Below, piece after piece: positions 18,190-28,700 of a stretch of DNA of 64,000 bases. Location of the stretch: positions 1,438 through 65,437 of the forward strand of contig CANBTI010000003.1 of NCBI GenBank assembly GCA_947372355.1, read 5' to 3'. Numbering within the stretch: the first letter of the stretch is position 1; the number at the start of each line of letters is the position of its first letter. The notes under the pieces are model-generated. The model saw nothing but the letters and a program-made list of their open reading frames with translations. It did no database searches and was not told the origin of the DNA. This DNA is from Bdellovibrionales bacterium. GTDB taxonomy: Bacteria; Bdellovibrionota; UBA1018; CAIMNF01. The position numbers and the translations under genes are program-made.

Positions 18190-18768
18190 ATGAGGCATAT
18201 CAACTTCATTCCCGCAGAATTAAGACCAAAACATGAAATCCCAGGAAATTTAATTCCTGCTGGATTGTTTTTGGTTTTATTATTCAATGTAGTTGGTAGT
18301 GTCGTTTCAAATATAATCTCTACTCAAAGTGTTAAAAGTGCTTTAGTTAAAATTGAAGCTGAAAACACTGATATAACCAATAAAATTGATTCGTTTGCAG
18401 GAGCTAAAAAACGATTAAAATTAGATGAAGCAATTGGCAGCATGAAAGTAGTTTTAGATAAGAAAAATTATTGGTCAGCCATTTTTAGAGAAATGAGTGC
18501 CTTAATTCCTGAGGGTGTTTGGCTTACTGGATTCAGTGATTTAAGTAACAATACAAATACAAAAACCAAAGAAGAAGTTTTATTGATCAAGGGTGAGGCT
18601 GTTTCACAAGAAATCATTGCTCAATTTTTGATTGCGCTGGAAAAATCAACTCATTTTTCTAAAGTTCAAATTAAATATTCTGAAAAGGAATCCAACATTA
18701 GCCCTACTAGGTATAAGTTTGAATTTTCAATACCAATCAAAGCAACAACAAATGGAGGTTTAATATGA
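18190..18768 (+). CDS. pilN: type IV pilus assembly protein PilN
   Basis: 'MRHINFIPAELRP' N-terminus followed by a single TM helix. Position after pilM. Confidence 0.7.
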   Translation: MRHINFIPAELRPKHEIPGNLIPAGLFLVLLFNVVGSVVSNIISTQSVKSALVKIEAENTDITNKIDSFAGAKKRLKLDEAIGSMKVVLDKKNYWSAIFREMSALIPEGVWLTGFSDLSNNTNTKTKEEVLLIKGEAVSQEIIAQFLIALEKSTHFSKVQIKYSEKESNISPTRYKFEFSIPIKATTNGGLI

Positions 18769-19310
18769 GGTTTCTAAAAACTCAATTAAAACCCAGTGAA
18801 ATTGCATTAATTAGTATTATTCTAATGATGTTGCTTTTTATATTCAATTTTACTTGGAAAACCTCTTCGATGATCCGTAGTTTAAATGCACTCCAAGTTC
18901 AAGTAGAAACTTCTAGAACTAAGTTAACGGAAAATAAAATTTTATATACCAGACTCATATCAAGAACTCCATCTTCAGAAGACGTGAAAAAAGACTTTAT
19001 GGATCAGTATGTACTGGTAAATGATCGATTTTCGAGTGTAATTACTGGAATTGTAAACAGTTCAAAAAATAAGAATTTTAGCTTACAAAAAATCAGCTTA
19101 GATGAACAGACTAAAGAGTCTGGATATAAAAAGCTCCTTTACTCCTTAGATATTGAATCTTCTTTTATTGAAATTGGTAAATTTTTAGAAAAGCTTGAGG
19201 ATGCGCCACTGCTTACCGAGGTTACATCAGTAGAAATTAAGCGTATTGATAATGAAATGAAGCGTTGTTTGGCTCAGATTAGACTCTATAGCTATGTGAG
19301 GATCGAATGA
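18765..19310 (+). CDS. pilO: type IV pilus assembly protein PilO-like
   Basis: Single N-terminal TM, coiled-coil, about 180 aa. 4-bp overlaps on both sides. Position between pilN and pilP. Confidence 0.5.
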   Translation: MRFLKTQLKPSEIALISIILMMLLFIFNFTWKTSSMIRSLNALQVQVETSRTKLTENKILYTRLISRTPSSEDVKKDFMDQYVLVNDRFSSVITGIVNSSKNKNFSLQKISLDEQTKESGYKKLLYSLDIESSFIEIGKFLEKLEDAPLLTEVTSVEIKRIDNEMKRCLAQIRLYSYVRIE

Positions 19311-19735
19311 AGCTTTATAAATCAATCCTTCTTTTAGTTATAGTTACTGCAGGTATCAAGGATGTTTATGCCGAAGAAGCGAGGGCTTCTTTTGAGCGCT
19401 TGATGGATGTTGATTATTCTTTTTTTATGACTAGCGCGAAGCTACCGTGGGGTGTTGATCCCTTTCAAAAAGAACCAGGTTTTGCAAAAGTGCCAAAAAT
19501 TGAAGATAAGTTTGAATTAACTGGAATATTTTATTCTAAAGATCAGCCTATGGCAGTGGTAAATGGTCGTTCTGTAGGAACTGGTGATATCGTGGGTGAT
19601 CGTAAAGTGGAAGAAATAGGCGAAAATTACGTAATTCTTAAAAAGCATGATTCAGCAATAGAATTGAATCTACCGCCAGTGATCAATTCTGAATTTGAGA
19701 ATGATTCTGATGGTGATGATGAGGTAGAACAATGA
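19307..19735 (+). CDS. pilP: PilP-like pilus assembly lipoprotein/periplasmic protein
   Basis: Signal peptide, 142 aa, acidic tail, located immediately upstream of the secretin. The assignment is positional. Confidence 0.45.
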   Translation: MKLYKSILLLVIVTAGIKDVYAEEARASFERLMDVDYSFFMTSAKLPWGVDPFQKEPGFAKVPKIEDKFELTGIFYSKDQPMAVVNGRSVGTGDIVGDRKVEEIGENYVILKKHDSAIELNLPPVINSEFENDSDGDDEVEQ

Positions 19736-21078
19736 AGATTCAATTATTTAATAAATTCTTAATTTTATTTTTTATTATATTTTCCACTCCTTGTTTAGCA
19801 GGTTTAGATTCAAAGATTTCCGTAAATGTGAGAAACGCTCCAATAAAAGGTGTATTAGAATCAATTGCTTCTAAGGCCGGATTACAGCTAGTGATGGATC
19901 CAAGTTTAACGCTTAATGTTTCGGTCACTCAAAATGATGTGATGGCAAAACAAGTACTCGATATTTTAGCTGCCGATCATATGATTGAGTTTTCAATCAG
20001 TGGAACAAAATTATTTGTTGATTCGGTAAAAGGTGGATCCGTTTCTGGAAATGCGGTTGGAGATGCCTATCAGCTTCAATTAAGGTATGCTATGGCTAAT
20101 GAGTTGGTATCAAAACTCGGCTCAATGGTTCCAGATGGAAAAATTATTGCAGATGAGCATTCAAATAAAATAATTTTTGTTGGCTCAAAAAAATCATTTG
20201 ATAAGTTAAAATCTCTCGTTGGTTTATTTGATACTCAGCAGAAACAAATTATGATTGAAGCAATTATCGTAGAAACTTCTCATAATTTCCTTCAATCCAT
20301 TGGCATTGGAATCAGTAATGCAGGAAGTTCCACTGCTGTTACTGGATCTTCTACAAATCCTGGTCCATCAAGTCCGAATGGTACCTTTAATGCTATTTTA
20401 GGTAAGATTAATAGCCAGGCTTTAAATGTTAAATTAACTGCTGCAGAATCAAAAGGTGCAGCAAAAATTGTTTCGCGTCCGAAAGTAGTAACCTTAAATA
20501 ATCGACTTGCTAAGGTTGAAAGTGGAGTAACTATTAACATTAAAACATTGAGTAACGTATCTTCTGGAATTGGTGCAATTGGTGGCACTGGGCCGGGTCA
20601 AGGTGTGGTAACTGGCGGTGTAACCTCCATTGACGCCACTCTTTCCCTAAGTATCCTTCCAATGATTATTGGGGATGATCAAGTTAAGTTGACAGTTGAA
20701 ATTAACGATTCTTCACCTGATACTAGTTCAGTTGATGGTGTTCCTGGAATTTTAAAAAATACGGCTAGTACTGCAGTGATTTTAAAAAATAAACAAACTG
20801 CTGTTATTGCAGGCCTAGTAAAACAGACAAAATCAAAGGGGTCTGCAGGCATTCCTTTTCTTTCAGATATTCCGATTTTAGGAAATCTGTTTAAATCTAA
20901 TGCAATCACAGATAATAACAATGAGTTAGTGATCTTTCTCACTCCTACGATTGATGATTCTGGAAACATTAGCTTGAGTGCCGATGGTGCTGATCCCGCT
21001 TTGCTCGTAAAATCACCATTGGATCCAGAAATAAAAGTAATTCAGCCAGTGGAAGAGGATGCCAAAACTGCCCACTAG
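19732..21078 (+). CDS. pilQ: type IV pilus secretin PilQ (short form lacking long N-terminal AMIN domains)
   Basis: Signal peptide. Secretin C-domain motif 'VIAGLVKQTKSKGSAGIPFLSDIPILGNLFKSN...ELVIFLTPTI'. Confidence 0.8.
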   Translation: MKIQLFNKFLILFFIIFSTPCLAGLDSKISVNVRNAPIKGVLESIASKAGLQLVMDPSLTLNVSVTQNDVMAKQVLDILAADHMIEFSISGTKLFVDSVKGGSVSGNAVGDAYQLQLRYAMANELVSKLGSMVPDGKIIADEHSNKIIFVGSKKSFDKLKSLVGLFDTQQKQIMIEAIIVETSHNFLQSIGIGISNAGSSTAVTGSSTNPGPSSPNGTFNAILGKINSQALNVKLTAAESKGAAKIVSRPKVVTLNNRLAKVESGVTINIKTLSNVSSGIGAIGGTGPGQGVVTGGVTSIDATLSLSILPMIIGDDQVKLTVEINDSSPDTSSVDGVPGILKNTASTAVILKNKQTAVIAGLVKQTKSKGSAGIPFLSDIPILGNLFKSNAITDNNNELVIFLTPTIDDSGNISLSADGADPALLVKSPLDPEIKVIQPVEEDAKTAH

Positions 21079-22646
21079 TTTTTAATGTTTGATCTAGATT
21101 GTATCGATTTTAATATTTCAGCTTCTTTTTCCCAATGATTTTCAGTACTAATATTTAATGATTTCATCTCTTTTTCAAGTGATTCTTTAAAAGTGTAAAA
21201 TTGTTGGGGTAGTTTTTCTTTTTGGTCATCTTTATCAATTTGCTCAATGATTTTCCACGCGGATGAGTAATTTCCGTTGTTACGAAACATGATAGCAGTT
21301 AAAAAATAATTCACCAAAAGATCATCATAAAACCATTTTGATAAAATGCGAGCCTGATGAAAGTTTTCATAAGCTTCTTGAGGCATTTGTGCATGTAGGT
21401 ATTCTATTCCTTGTGAAAAATAATTATACTCATTTCCCGGATAGTTTTTTATGGCTTGAGAAAAAATGATAGGCCATTTTTTCCAAATCAAAACATTTTG
21501 TATTGTGTAAATAGAGAAATAAGCAATAAATACGCTTGCAACAGTGATGATATTAATGGGGCTCTTTGTTTTTACGGAAAGCCATTTTGTTATTCTATAT
21601 AAAATCTCTGCTAGAAGTATGGAGAGCAAAAGATTTGAAAAATAAAGTCGATATTCAGCAAATGGATTAACCATTTGTAGAAAACTGTTTGCTTGCAAGT
21701 AATTAATAAAAAATAAAAACACTAAAAATGCAGTACGAGGCATTTTTTTGTATTTAATAAATATGAATAATCCCCCCAATAGCCAAATGAGGCCTCCCGC
21801 GATGGTTGCAAGAATTTCTAAATTGTTAAAACTCGGATTACCATGAAAAATACTTTGTAAGTTTGGGTTTAAAAACAAAATGAAATAAAATGATTGAAAA
21901 TACAATTGTGAAGCTAGATGCGGCCAAAATGGATACATATTAAAGCCAGATACACCCGCATACATTGACTTTCCCGGATCAGATAATAAGTTGTTTATTA
22001 AAATCATGAAAAATGATGTGGATAAAATGATTGCCCATTTTCTTTTTGGAATTTTGTTTATTGCCGTTTGATTAATTATGATCTCATAGGCGAGTAGCAT
22101 GATTGGAATGAGAGAACATGTTTCTCTGGCGAAGAGTGAAAAAATTAATAAAAATATTAAAAGTGGAAATTTTGTAATCCCGTATTTTGAATAAATATTT
22201 AAGATCAAAAGATTAAAAAAACCATAGAGAAGCATGATTACGCCCATTGCATAAGTAACGGATTGAATTTGTAAGGGGTGAATTAAGAAAATTGCTGCGG
22301 CTAGAACGGGCAAGTATGGCTTATCAGAAAAGATTTTCTTAAGCCAAATATAAACTAATGATCCATTGATGAGGTGTAGGAGCAAACTAAAAAGTTTGAA
22401 GCTCCATGTTTTTCCAGGTGATAATGTCCAGTTGATTGCAATTGAAATGTTTTGCAACACTCTGTTTTGTCTTAGTCCGCAAAAGATTACATCATGAAAG
22501 TTAAAAATATTGTGCAATTGTTTTCTATTAACAATTTGCATGTAGTCGTCATAAACAAAAACCCCATTTAAACCTAATAGATAAATACAGGCTGTTAATA
22601 CAAAAGTGATGATGAGGAATACCTTAAACGATCGAGTTAGGCTCAT
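21075..22646 (-). CDS. polytopic membrane protein with an N-terminal periplasmic-loop 'YDD' motif and C-terminal TPR repeats: putative GT-C-fold (TMTC/PMT-like) glycosyltransferase
   Basis: More than 10 predicted TM helices. 'VFVYDDYMQI' lies right after TM1, where GT-C enzymes carry their catalytic acidic motif. The C-terminal ~120 aa are TPR-like. The gene lies 22 bp downstream of pilC on the same strand. Confidence 0.4.
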   Translation of the reverse strand: MSLTRSFKVFLIITFVLTACIYLLGLNGVFVYDDYMQIVNRKQLHNIFNFHDVIFCGLRQNRVLQNISIAINWTLSPGKTWSFKLFSLLLHLINGSLVYIWLKKIFSDKPYLPVLAAAIFLIHPLQIQSVTYAMGVIMLLYGFFNLLILNIYSKYGITKFPLLIFLLIFSLFARETCSLIPIMLLAYEIIINQTAINKIPKRKWAIILSTSFFMILINNLLSDPGKSMYAGVSGFNMYPFWPHLASQLYFQSFYFILFLNPNLQSIFHGNPSFNNLEILATIAGGLIWLLGGLFIFIKYKKMPRTAFLVFLFFINYLQANSFLQMVNPFAEYRLYFSNLLLSILLAEILYRITKWLSVKTKSPINIITVASVFIAYFSIYTIQNVLIWKKWPIIFSQAIKNYPGNEYNYFSQGIEYLHAQMPQEAYENFHQARILSKWFYDDLLVNYFLTAIMFRNNGNYSSAWKIIEQIDKDDQKEKLPQQFYTFKESLEKEMKSLNISTENHWEKEAEILKSIQSRSNIKN

Positions 22647-22668
22647 TTTTAAACTCTAACTTAAATCT

Positions 22669-23898
22669 TTAGTGACCTACAACTGCTTTGTTCATTTGCC
22701 ATACTGGAAGAAGTAGGGCGAGTGCAAGTATGAGCACCATACCAAAAATTACGAATAGCAATATCGGCTCAATTAGTTTTGAAATATTATCTAATTTATA
22801 ATCAACCTGAGTTTGGTAGTATCTACCCATTCTTTCTAGAATTGGCTCTAATCTACCTGATTCTTCACCCACACTGAGCATGTTTCTAAATGTAGCTGGA
22901 AAAATAGTGGTGTCGTCTAAGCCTGAGCTCAATGTTCCACCCTTTGCAATTTTTTGAATGGCATTACTAAGGGCAATTTTAAAAAGATCGTTTCGTTGGG
23001 TGTCTTTCAGTATCTCTAATGCATCAATGAGTGGAACACCGCTCTGGATAAGAAGGTTTAGAATGACGCAAAGGTTGTTGAGTTCAATGAGAAGAAAAAT
23101 TTTACCGATCAGAGGCATTTTCAATATAAATCGATCGTACTTAATTTTAATCACAGGATTAGAAATTAGTTTTTTAAATGTAAAATAGATTGCAAGACCA
23201 CCTGCCGCTAATACATACCAGTAAGAAACAAATGCGTCGGAAATGCCGATTACAAATTTGGTAATAGGTGGCAAATCGGCACCATACCCGGCTAAAAATT
23301 CTTTTAGTTTTGGAATTAGGAAATAAACGGCAACAGTAAATACAACTCCTAATACAAAGATCACTATTTTCGGATAAAAAATTGCAGACTTAATTTTCGC
23401 ATCATTTTTTGCCTGCTGTTCAATCATTTGAGAAATTCTACCCAATGATTCTTCTAGTTTACCGCTCACTTCCCCTGTTTTAACAAGTCCGATCACCGTT
23501 TGATTGAATACTTTAGGGTGTTTACTAAATGATTCATTGAGTGAACTACCTTCGGTAATATCATTAGTTATATTATTGAGTGCATCCTTCAAAAATTGAT
23601 TATCAAGATCTCGTTGTAATAGTTGAAGCATCTGAATAATGGGAATCCCGATTGAAATTCCTGTTTCGAGCTGACTCATGAGTACGATTTTTTCTTCAAG
23701 ACTTACTTGTTCAAAAAATCCCCCCAAATAATTTTTTATTTCATTAAATATAATTTTTAAATTAAAGCGCCCCAGCTCTAAAACGATAAGTTCGCTTTTG
23801 GTGAGTGATTTTTTTGCAAGCCATGCATTTTCAGCTAGAATTGTTCCCTCTACAATCGATCCTTTTTGATCACGCGCGCGGTAGTAAAATTTCGACAT
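22669..23898 (-). CDS. pilC: type IV pilus inner-membrane platform protein PilC (GspF family)
   Basis: 409 aa. Two GspF-like repeats, 3 TM regions, N-terminal 'MSKFYYRARDQKGSIVEG' typical of PilC. Confidence 0.85.
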   Translation of the reverse strand: MSKFYYRARDQKGSIVEGTILAENAWLAKKSLTKSELIVLELGRFNLKIIFNEIKNYLGGFFEQVSLEEKIVLMSQLETGISIGIPIIQMLQLLQRDLDNQFLKDALNNITNDITEGSSLNESFSKHPKVFNQTVIGLVKTGEVSGKLEESLGRISQMIEQQAKNDAKIKSAIFYPKIVIFVLGVVFTVAVYFLIPKLKEFLAGYGADLPPITKFVIGISDAFVSYWYVLAAGGLAIYFTFKKLISNPVIKIKYDRFILKMPLIGKIFLLIELNNLCVILNLLIQSGVPLIDALEILKDTQRNDLFKIALSNAIQKIAKGGTLSSGLDDTTIFPATFRNMLSVGEESGRLEPILERMGRYYQTQVDYKLDNISKLIEPILLFVIFGMVLILALALLLPVWQMNKAVVGH

Positions 23899-23998
23899 TC
23901 TTCATCAGTATACTATTCAAAATTAAAATGTGAAAGTAAGGGGTTTGGCCATTATTTTGACTGTTTACACTTAATTCATATTCATAGATTATTTAATC

Positions 23999-24466
23999 AT
24001 GAGAAGTGGTTTTACACTGGTTGAAATTTTGATGGCCGTTTTACTTTTAAGTGTTTTGGCCACCATTGGAATCACTCAATTTACTGACTTTAGTAAAGAT
24101 GCTCGGACCGTAGTGACTACGGAAAAACTAATGGCATTGAAAACCGCAATTATGGGTGATCCGCAATTTCATGCTGGTGGTGAATATACAAAACAGGGAT
24201 ATCAAGCGCATTGCACGACACCCCCAGCGGCATTAGCCGATCTTATCACCATGCCGGTAGCGGGGAATTGTACAACCGTTTATGATCCATTTTTAAAAAC
24301 TGGTTGGAGAGGTCCTTATGTTACTACTACTGATTCGTTATGGAATGTAGATGCATGGGGAACTGCGATTGAGTATTATGTGACAGGACCTCCTGCTCGA
24401 ACAATCCGGAGTTGTGGGCCAGATAAAACTTGTGGAACTACAGATGACATCACCGTTACCTACTAA
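23999..24466 (+). CDS. pseudopilin/minor pilin (GspG-like size, 155 aa)
   Basis: Leader MRSG|FTLVEILMAVLLL with Glu+5. C-terminal 'CGPDKTCGTTDD' motif is shared with the next ORF. Confidence 0.7.
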   Translation: MRSGFTLVEILMAVLLLSVLATIGITQFTDFSKDARTVVTTEKLMALKTAIMGDPQFHAGGEYTKQGYQAHCTTPPAALADLITMPVAGNCTTVYDPFLKTGWRGPYVTTTDSLWNVDAWGTAIEYYVTGPPARTIRSCGPDKTCGTTDDITVTY

Positions 24467-24938
24467 TATTGATTTCTCAATTAAATCCGAACAAGGTTTT
24501 GGATTGTTAAGCATGGTAATTGTGATTCTTACTCTTTCAATTTCCGCAATTACCGTGATGACGGTGATCAACCCATCTGCTCTTACAAGACAAAGTCGTG
24601 ATACTGCACTTAAGGCTGCAACTCTACGTTCCGCGATCCAAGCTTATCAATTTAGTCATGGTGGAATTACTGGAACAAATCCTCCGACACTCATTGATTT
24701 ATCCACAACAGATGGCGTTGCTTGTTTAATGGATAACACACCAACAAATAATACCTATCAATTATTGCAGGGGTGGTGTGGCCCTTATATAGATCAGGTT
24801 TTTTCACAAAATTTGAATGATTATAAAACGGATGGTTGGGGAACTGCTTTCAACTATGATGCAATCACCACAATAATAAAAAGTTGTGGAATAGATAAAA
24901 CTTGTGGAGGGGCTGATGATCTTACCTTCGCTCCGTGA
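24414..24938 (+). CDS. pseudopilin-like protein lacking the Glu+5 (atypical prepilin motif QG|FGLLS)
   Basis: Hydrophobic N-terminal helix after the 'EQGFGLLSMVIVILTL' segment. C-terminal 'CGIDKTCGGADD' is paralogous to the preceding ORF. The start codon is uncertain and overlaps the upstream gene. Confidence 0.4.
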   Translation: MGQIKLVELQMTSPLPTNIDFSIKSEQGFGLLSMVIVILTLSISAITVMTVINPSALTRQSRDTALKAATLRSAIQAYQFSHGGITGTNPPTLIDLSTTDGVACLMDNTPTNNTYQLLQGWCGPYIDQVFSQNLNDYKTDGWGTAFNYDAITTIIKSCGIDKTCGGADDLTFAP

Positions 24939-25719
24939 TCGCAGTGGTTTTACGATGATTGAGGTTTTAATGGTGATTTTAATCATCACGATCATGGCTG
25001 TTGTTTCGATTACTGTGTTGCCTGATACGATTAACGAATCAAAATTTAATCAAACTGTTGAAAAAATGAATCAAATCAGAAATGCAATGATTGGAAATCC
25101 TGAAATTCGTGAAGGAACGACGCGAACCAGTTTTGGATATTTGGGAGATGTTGGAGCAATACCCACTTTAATTTCTGATTTAATCTCAATTCCTGGTGGT
25201 ATTTCAGCTTATGCTGTTAATTCTACAGCTCGATACGGAATTGGGTGGAATGGAGCTTATTTAACAGGAGTAAACGCAGCTTCTAATTTCACTACCGATG
25301 CATGGGGAACCGCTTTAGTTTATACTCCTGGAGCTTCTCCGCCAACTTTAGTTTCATTGGGCGCTGATGCTGCTTTGGGTGGAACAGTTTTTAATCAAGA
25401 TATTACTGTTACATTACCCAGCGAACTTACCACTTCAACAGTGAGTGGATTTATTTGTCAGGGAGGTGGTCCCTTCACTGCAACAGCACAAGTGGAATTA
25501 AATTTTCCAAATGCCGGAGCATTATCTCAATCAGAAGCAAATTTACTTCCTGCCGATAAAGGTCAATTTTCATTTGCTACAGTTCCAATGGGAATTCGAT
25601 CGATCACCGTTTATGTACCCAGTAAGGCTGCCCCAACACAAACATTAGGACCAATTGTTTTCACTGTGGCGCAACCCAATGTAGTTGTTCCCTGTAATTT
25701 AATTGATATTAGTCCCTAG
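24916..25719 (+). CDS. pseudopilin with a C-terminal module paralogous to the C-terminus of the LamG pseudopilin at 2659..4197
   Basis: Leader MILPSLRDRSG|FTMIEVLMVILII. Alignable blocks with the 2659..4197 product (FGYLGDVGAIPT, YGIGWNGAYL, DAWGTALVYTPGASPPTLVSLGA, SITVYVPSKA). Confidence 0.65.
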   Translation: MILPSLRDRSGFTMIEVLMVILIITIMAVVSITVLPDTINESKFNQTVEKMNQIRNAMIGNPEIREGTTRTSFGYLGDVGAIPTLISDLISIPGGISAYAVNSTARYGIGWNGAYLTGVNAASNFTTDAWGTALVYTPGASPPTLVSLGADAALGGTVFNQDITVTLPSELTTSTVSGFICQGGGPFTATAQVELNFPNAGALSQSEANLLPADKGQFSFATVPMGIRSITVYVPSKAAPTQTLGPIVFTVAQPNVVVPCNLIDISP

Positions 25720-25797
25720 CATATTTGTTCAGTCCCACTTCTATTTTTATATTCTACTTTAAAAAAATCGCGAATCGTAACTGCTATATCTATACGG

Positions 25798-28700
25798 TTA
25801 AGGCGTAATTTTTCGGATGCGTTGAGTATAAGAATCGGCAATATAGATATTACCTACCGAATCCATTGACATACCGACTGGAAAATAAAAGGATGATGCA
25901 GCAAGTGTGCTGTCGATACCGTCGGAATAACCGCTACCCGCATAAGTAGTGACTAAACCTGAACTGCTCACTTTTTTAATTACGTTATTGAAATAGTCAC
26001 TCACAATGAGATTGCCGCTTGAGTCAATGATGATTCCTGCTGGTGAATAAAATTGAGCAGCTGTTCCTTGTCCATCAAGATTTCCGGCAGTGCTTCCAGC
26101 GAGAGTGCTCACTGTGCCGTCGCTCGTGATTTTTCGAATGCGATTATTTGCGGTATCGGCGACGTAAACCGTTCCATTCGATGAATCTACTGCGATTGCT
26201 TGAGGATTTTTAAATCTTGCAACTGAAGCAGCTCCATCTGCATATCCCGAAAGGATATACCCAGCAATAGTGGTGACTGCACCTGAAGAACTAATTTTTC
26301 GAATGCGACTATTTCCTTTGTCGGCGATATACAAATTATTCGATGTATCGATCGCAATGCCCCAAGGGTAAGCAAATTTCGCAGCGGTGCCCTGACCGTC
26401 TAAATATCCGTATGTTCCATCACCTGCAATGGTGGTGACAACACCAGTACTCGTTACTTTTCGAATGCGATTATTATAAGTATCAGCAACATAGATGTTG
26501 CCTGAAGAATCGAGAGCCATTCCTTTAGGAGAATTAAAGCGTGCGGCTGTTCCTAGATCATCAACATAACCTGTATTAGCTGAGTTTCCATCACCCGCTA
26601 ATGTAGTTACCGTAAGACCATCGGCAGAAATTTTTCGAATGCATGGACTAAAATCATCGATAACGTAAGTAATTCCGCTCGATGCGGTAGTGACTGCGAT
26701 TGGTGAATTGAATTGAGCAATTGGACCATCTTTACCATTGATAAATCCACTTGAAGCTGATCCAGAATAAATAGAGACCACGGCTGCGTTGGTTATTTTC
26801 CGAATGGTATTTCCTAAAGTATCTCCGATCAAAAGATTATTTGAGGAATCAATCGCGATCCCATCTGGATATTTGAAGTTTGCAGTTGCACCTGCTCCAT
26901 TAATTCCACCCAAGGTTCCAGTTCCGGCGAATGTTGTTACGGCGCCAGCACTCGTTATTTTACGAATCACATTATTGGTATAGTCGATGACAAATAAATT
27001 TCCCGTAGAGTCGATCGTAATTCCATGAGGAGAATTGAATTGCGCTGAAGTGCCTTGTCCATTAGTGAACCCTGGAGTGCTACCTGCAAATGTAGACACG
27101 ACTCCTGCAGTTGAAATCGCGCGAATTTTATTGTTTGAGGTGTCTCCTACGTAAATTACTCCAGCACTACTGATGGCAACACCAAAAGGATTATCAAATT
27201 GTGCGTTTAAAGCTGTTGAATCGTAGTATCCGGCAACCCCGGTACCCGCAACGGTTGTCACGGCACCTGTACTGGTAATTTTTCGAATGCGACTATTGCC
27301 TTTGTCGGCCACATAAATATTTCCCGATGAATCGGATGCAAGTCCTCTTGGGGTAATAAAGCGTGCACTAGTTCCTTGGGCATCTGCAAAACCAGCTGTA
27401 GCAATCGAACCTGCAAAAGTGGAAACCAATCCTGCTGAAGTAATTTTTCGAATCGCGTTCGAATTGGCTTCGGTGACATAAACGTTTTCAGAGGCATCCA
27501 CTGCTATTGCATAGGGAGAAGTGAATTGTGCAACATTCGCTGCTCCGTTTACATATCCAGCAACTCCAGTGCCTGCAAAAGTGACCACCACTCCATCGGA
27601 AATTCGGCGGATAGCGTTATTGCCTGAATCAGCGATATAAATATTTCCAGAAAGGGCAATCGCGATACCTGTAGCATTAAAATATTTTGGATTCACGGTC
27701 ACACCGTCTAAGTAGCCTCCTCCGCCTGAGCCCGCATAGGTTGAAACAATTCCAGAAGTAGGAGTTGGAGAAGGAATGGGTGTGGCTGTCGCTGTCGCTG
27801 TCGGAGTTGGAGTCGGTGTCACAGTCGGAGTCGGAGTCGGAGAAGCGGTAGCAGAAAAAGTAACAACAACACTTGCACTGAGTGATCCACAAACTAAATT
27901 TAAAGTCGCAGATTTTGAACCAGTAGAAGTTGGTTTAGGTGCAACTGTAATTCCAGTACAAGATCCTCCGGCAATGACTCCCGTATTACAACTGCTGCTA
28001 CCGGATAATAAAAATTGATCTGAGTTCGTGCCTGAAAGAGAAGCGGCAGTACAAGTTGAGGTGTTTAATCCGCCAGTGTTGTTTGCAGAGAAAGCTTGAG
28101 CAGTGCCGGTTGAAGATACGATAGTCGAAGTCAGTGCCAGTGGACCACTTGGATTAAAAGATAAATTTGCAGGTGTAGGCGTTGGAGTAGCGGTTGGTGT
28201 TGGACTAGCAGTCGGCGATGGCGTCGGAGTCGGAGTCGGAGTCGGTACACTGTAAGTGGCGGTGATTGTTTGCGTAGTAATGTTGTGTGCAGAGCTATTA
28301 TCAGTTGCTCTTACGGTAATTGAATTACTTCCTGCAACTAAGGTAATGACCTTACTCCAAGATGTGGTTCCAGTAGCAGTCGTACCATTTACTGTTACTG
28401 ATTGAATTCCACTAGCATCACTTGCAGAACCACTAATCGTTAAACTTGATGTTGTAAAATTTTGTCCACTAGTGCTAGGTGATGAAATTAGCAATGTAGG
28501 TGGAGTGGTGTCAGCCACAGGAGTAGCAGTTGGCGTTGGAGTAGCAGTTGGCGTTGGAGTGGCAGTTGGCGTTGGAGTGGCAGTTGGCGTTGGAGTGGCA
28601 GTTGGCGTTGGAGTAGCAGTTGGCGTTGGAGTGGCAGTTGGCGTTGGAGTGGCAGTTGGCGTTGGAGTAGCAGTTGGCGTTGGAGTGGGTTTGTTTTTAT

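Noticed and set aside
24414-24466. 53-bp overlap between the first and second pseudopilin ORFs
   Set aside because: It is probably caused by an over-extended start for the second gene. I kept the ORF-track coordinates but flagged the start as uncertain rather than proposing a programmed frameshift.
28521-28688. Possible CRISPR array (regular short repeats)
   Set aside because: Units are directly adjacent with no spacers, lie in-frame within a coding sequence and encode a PT linker. No cas genes are present in the window.
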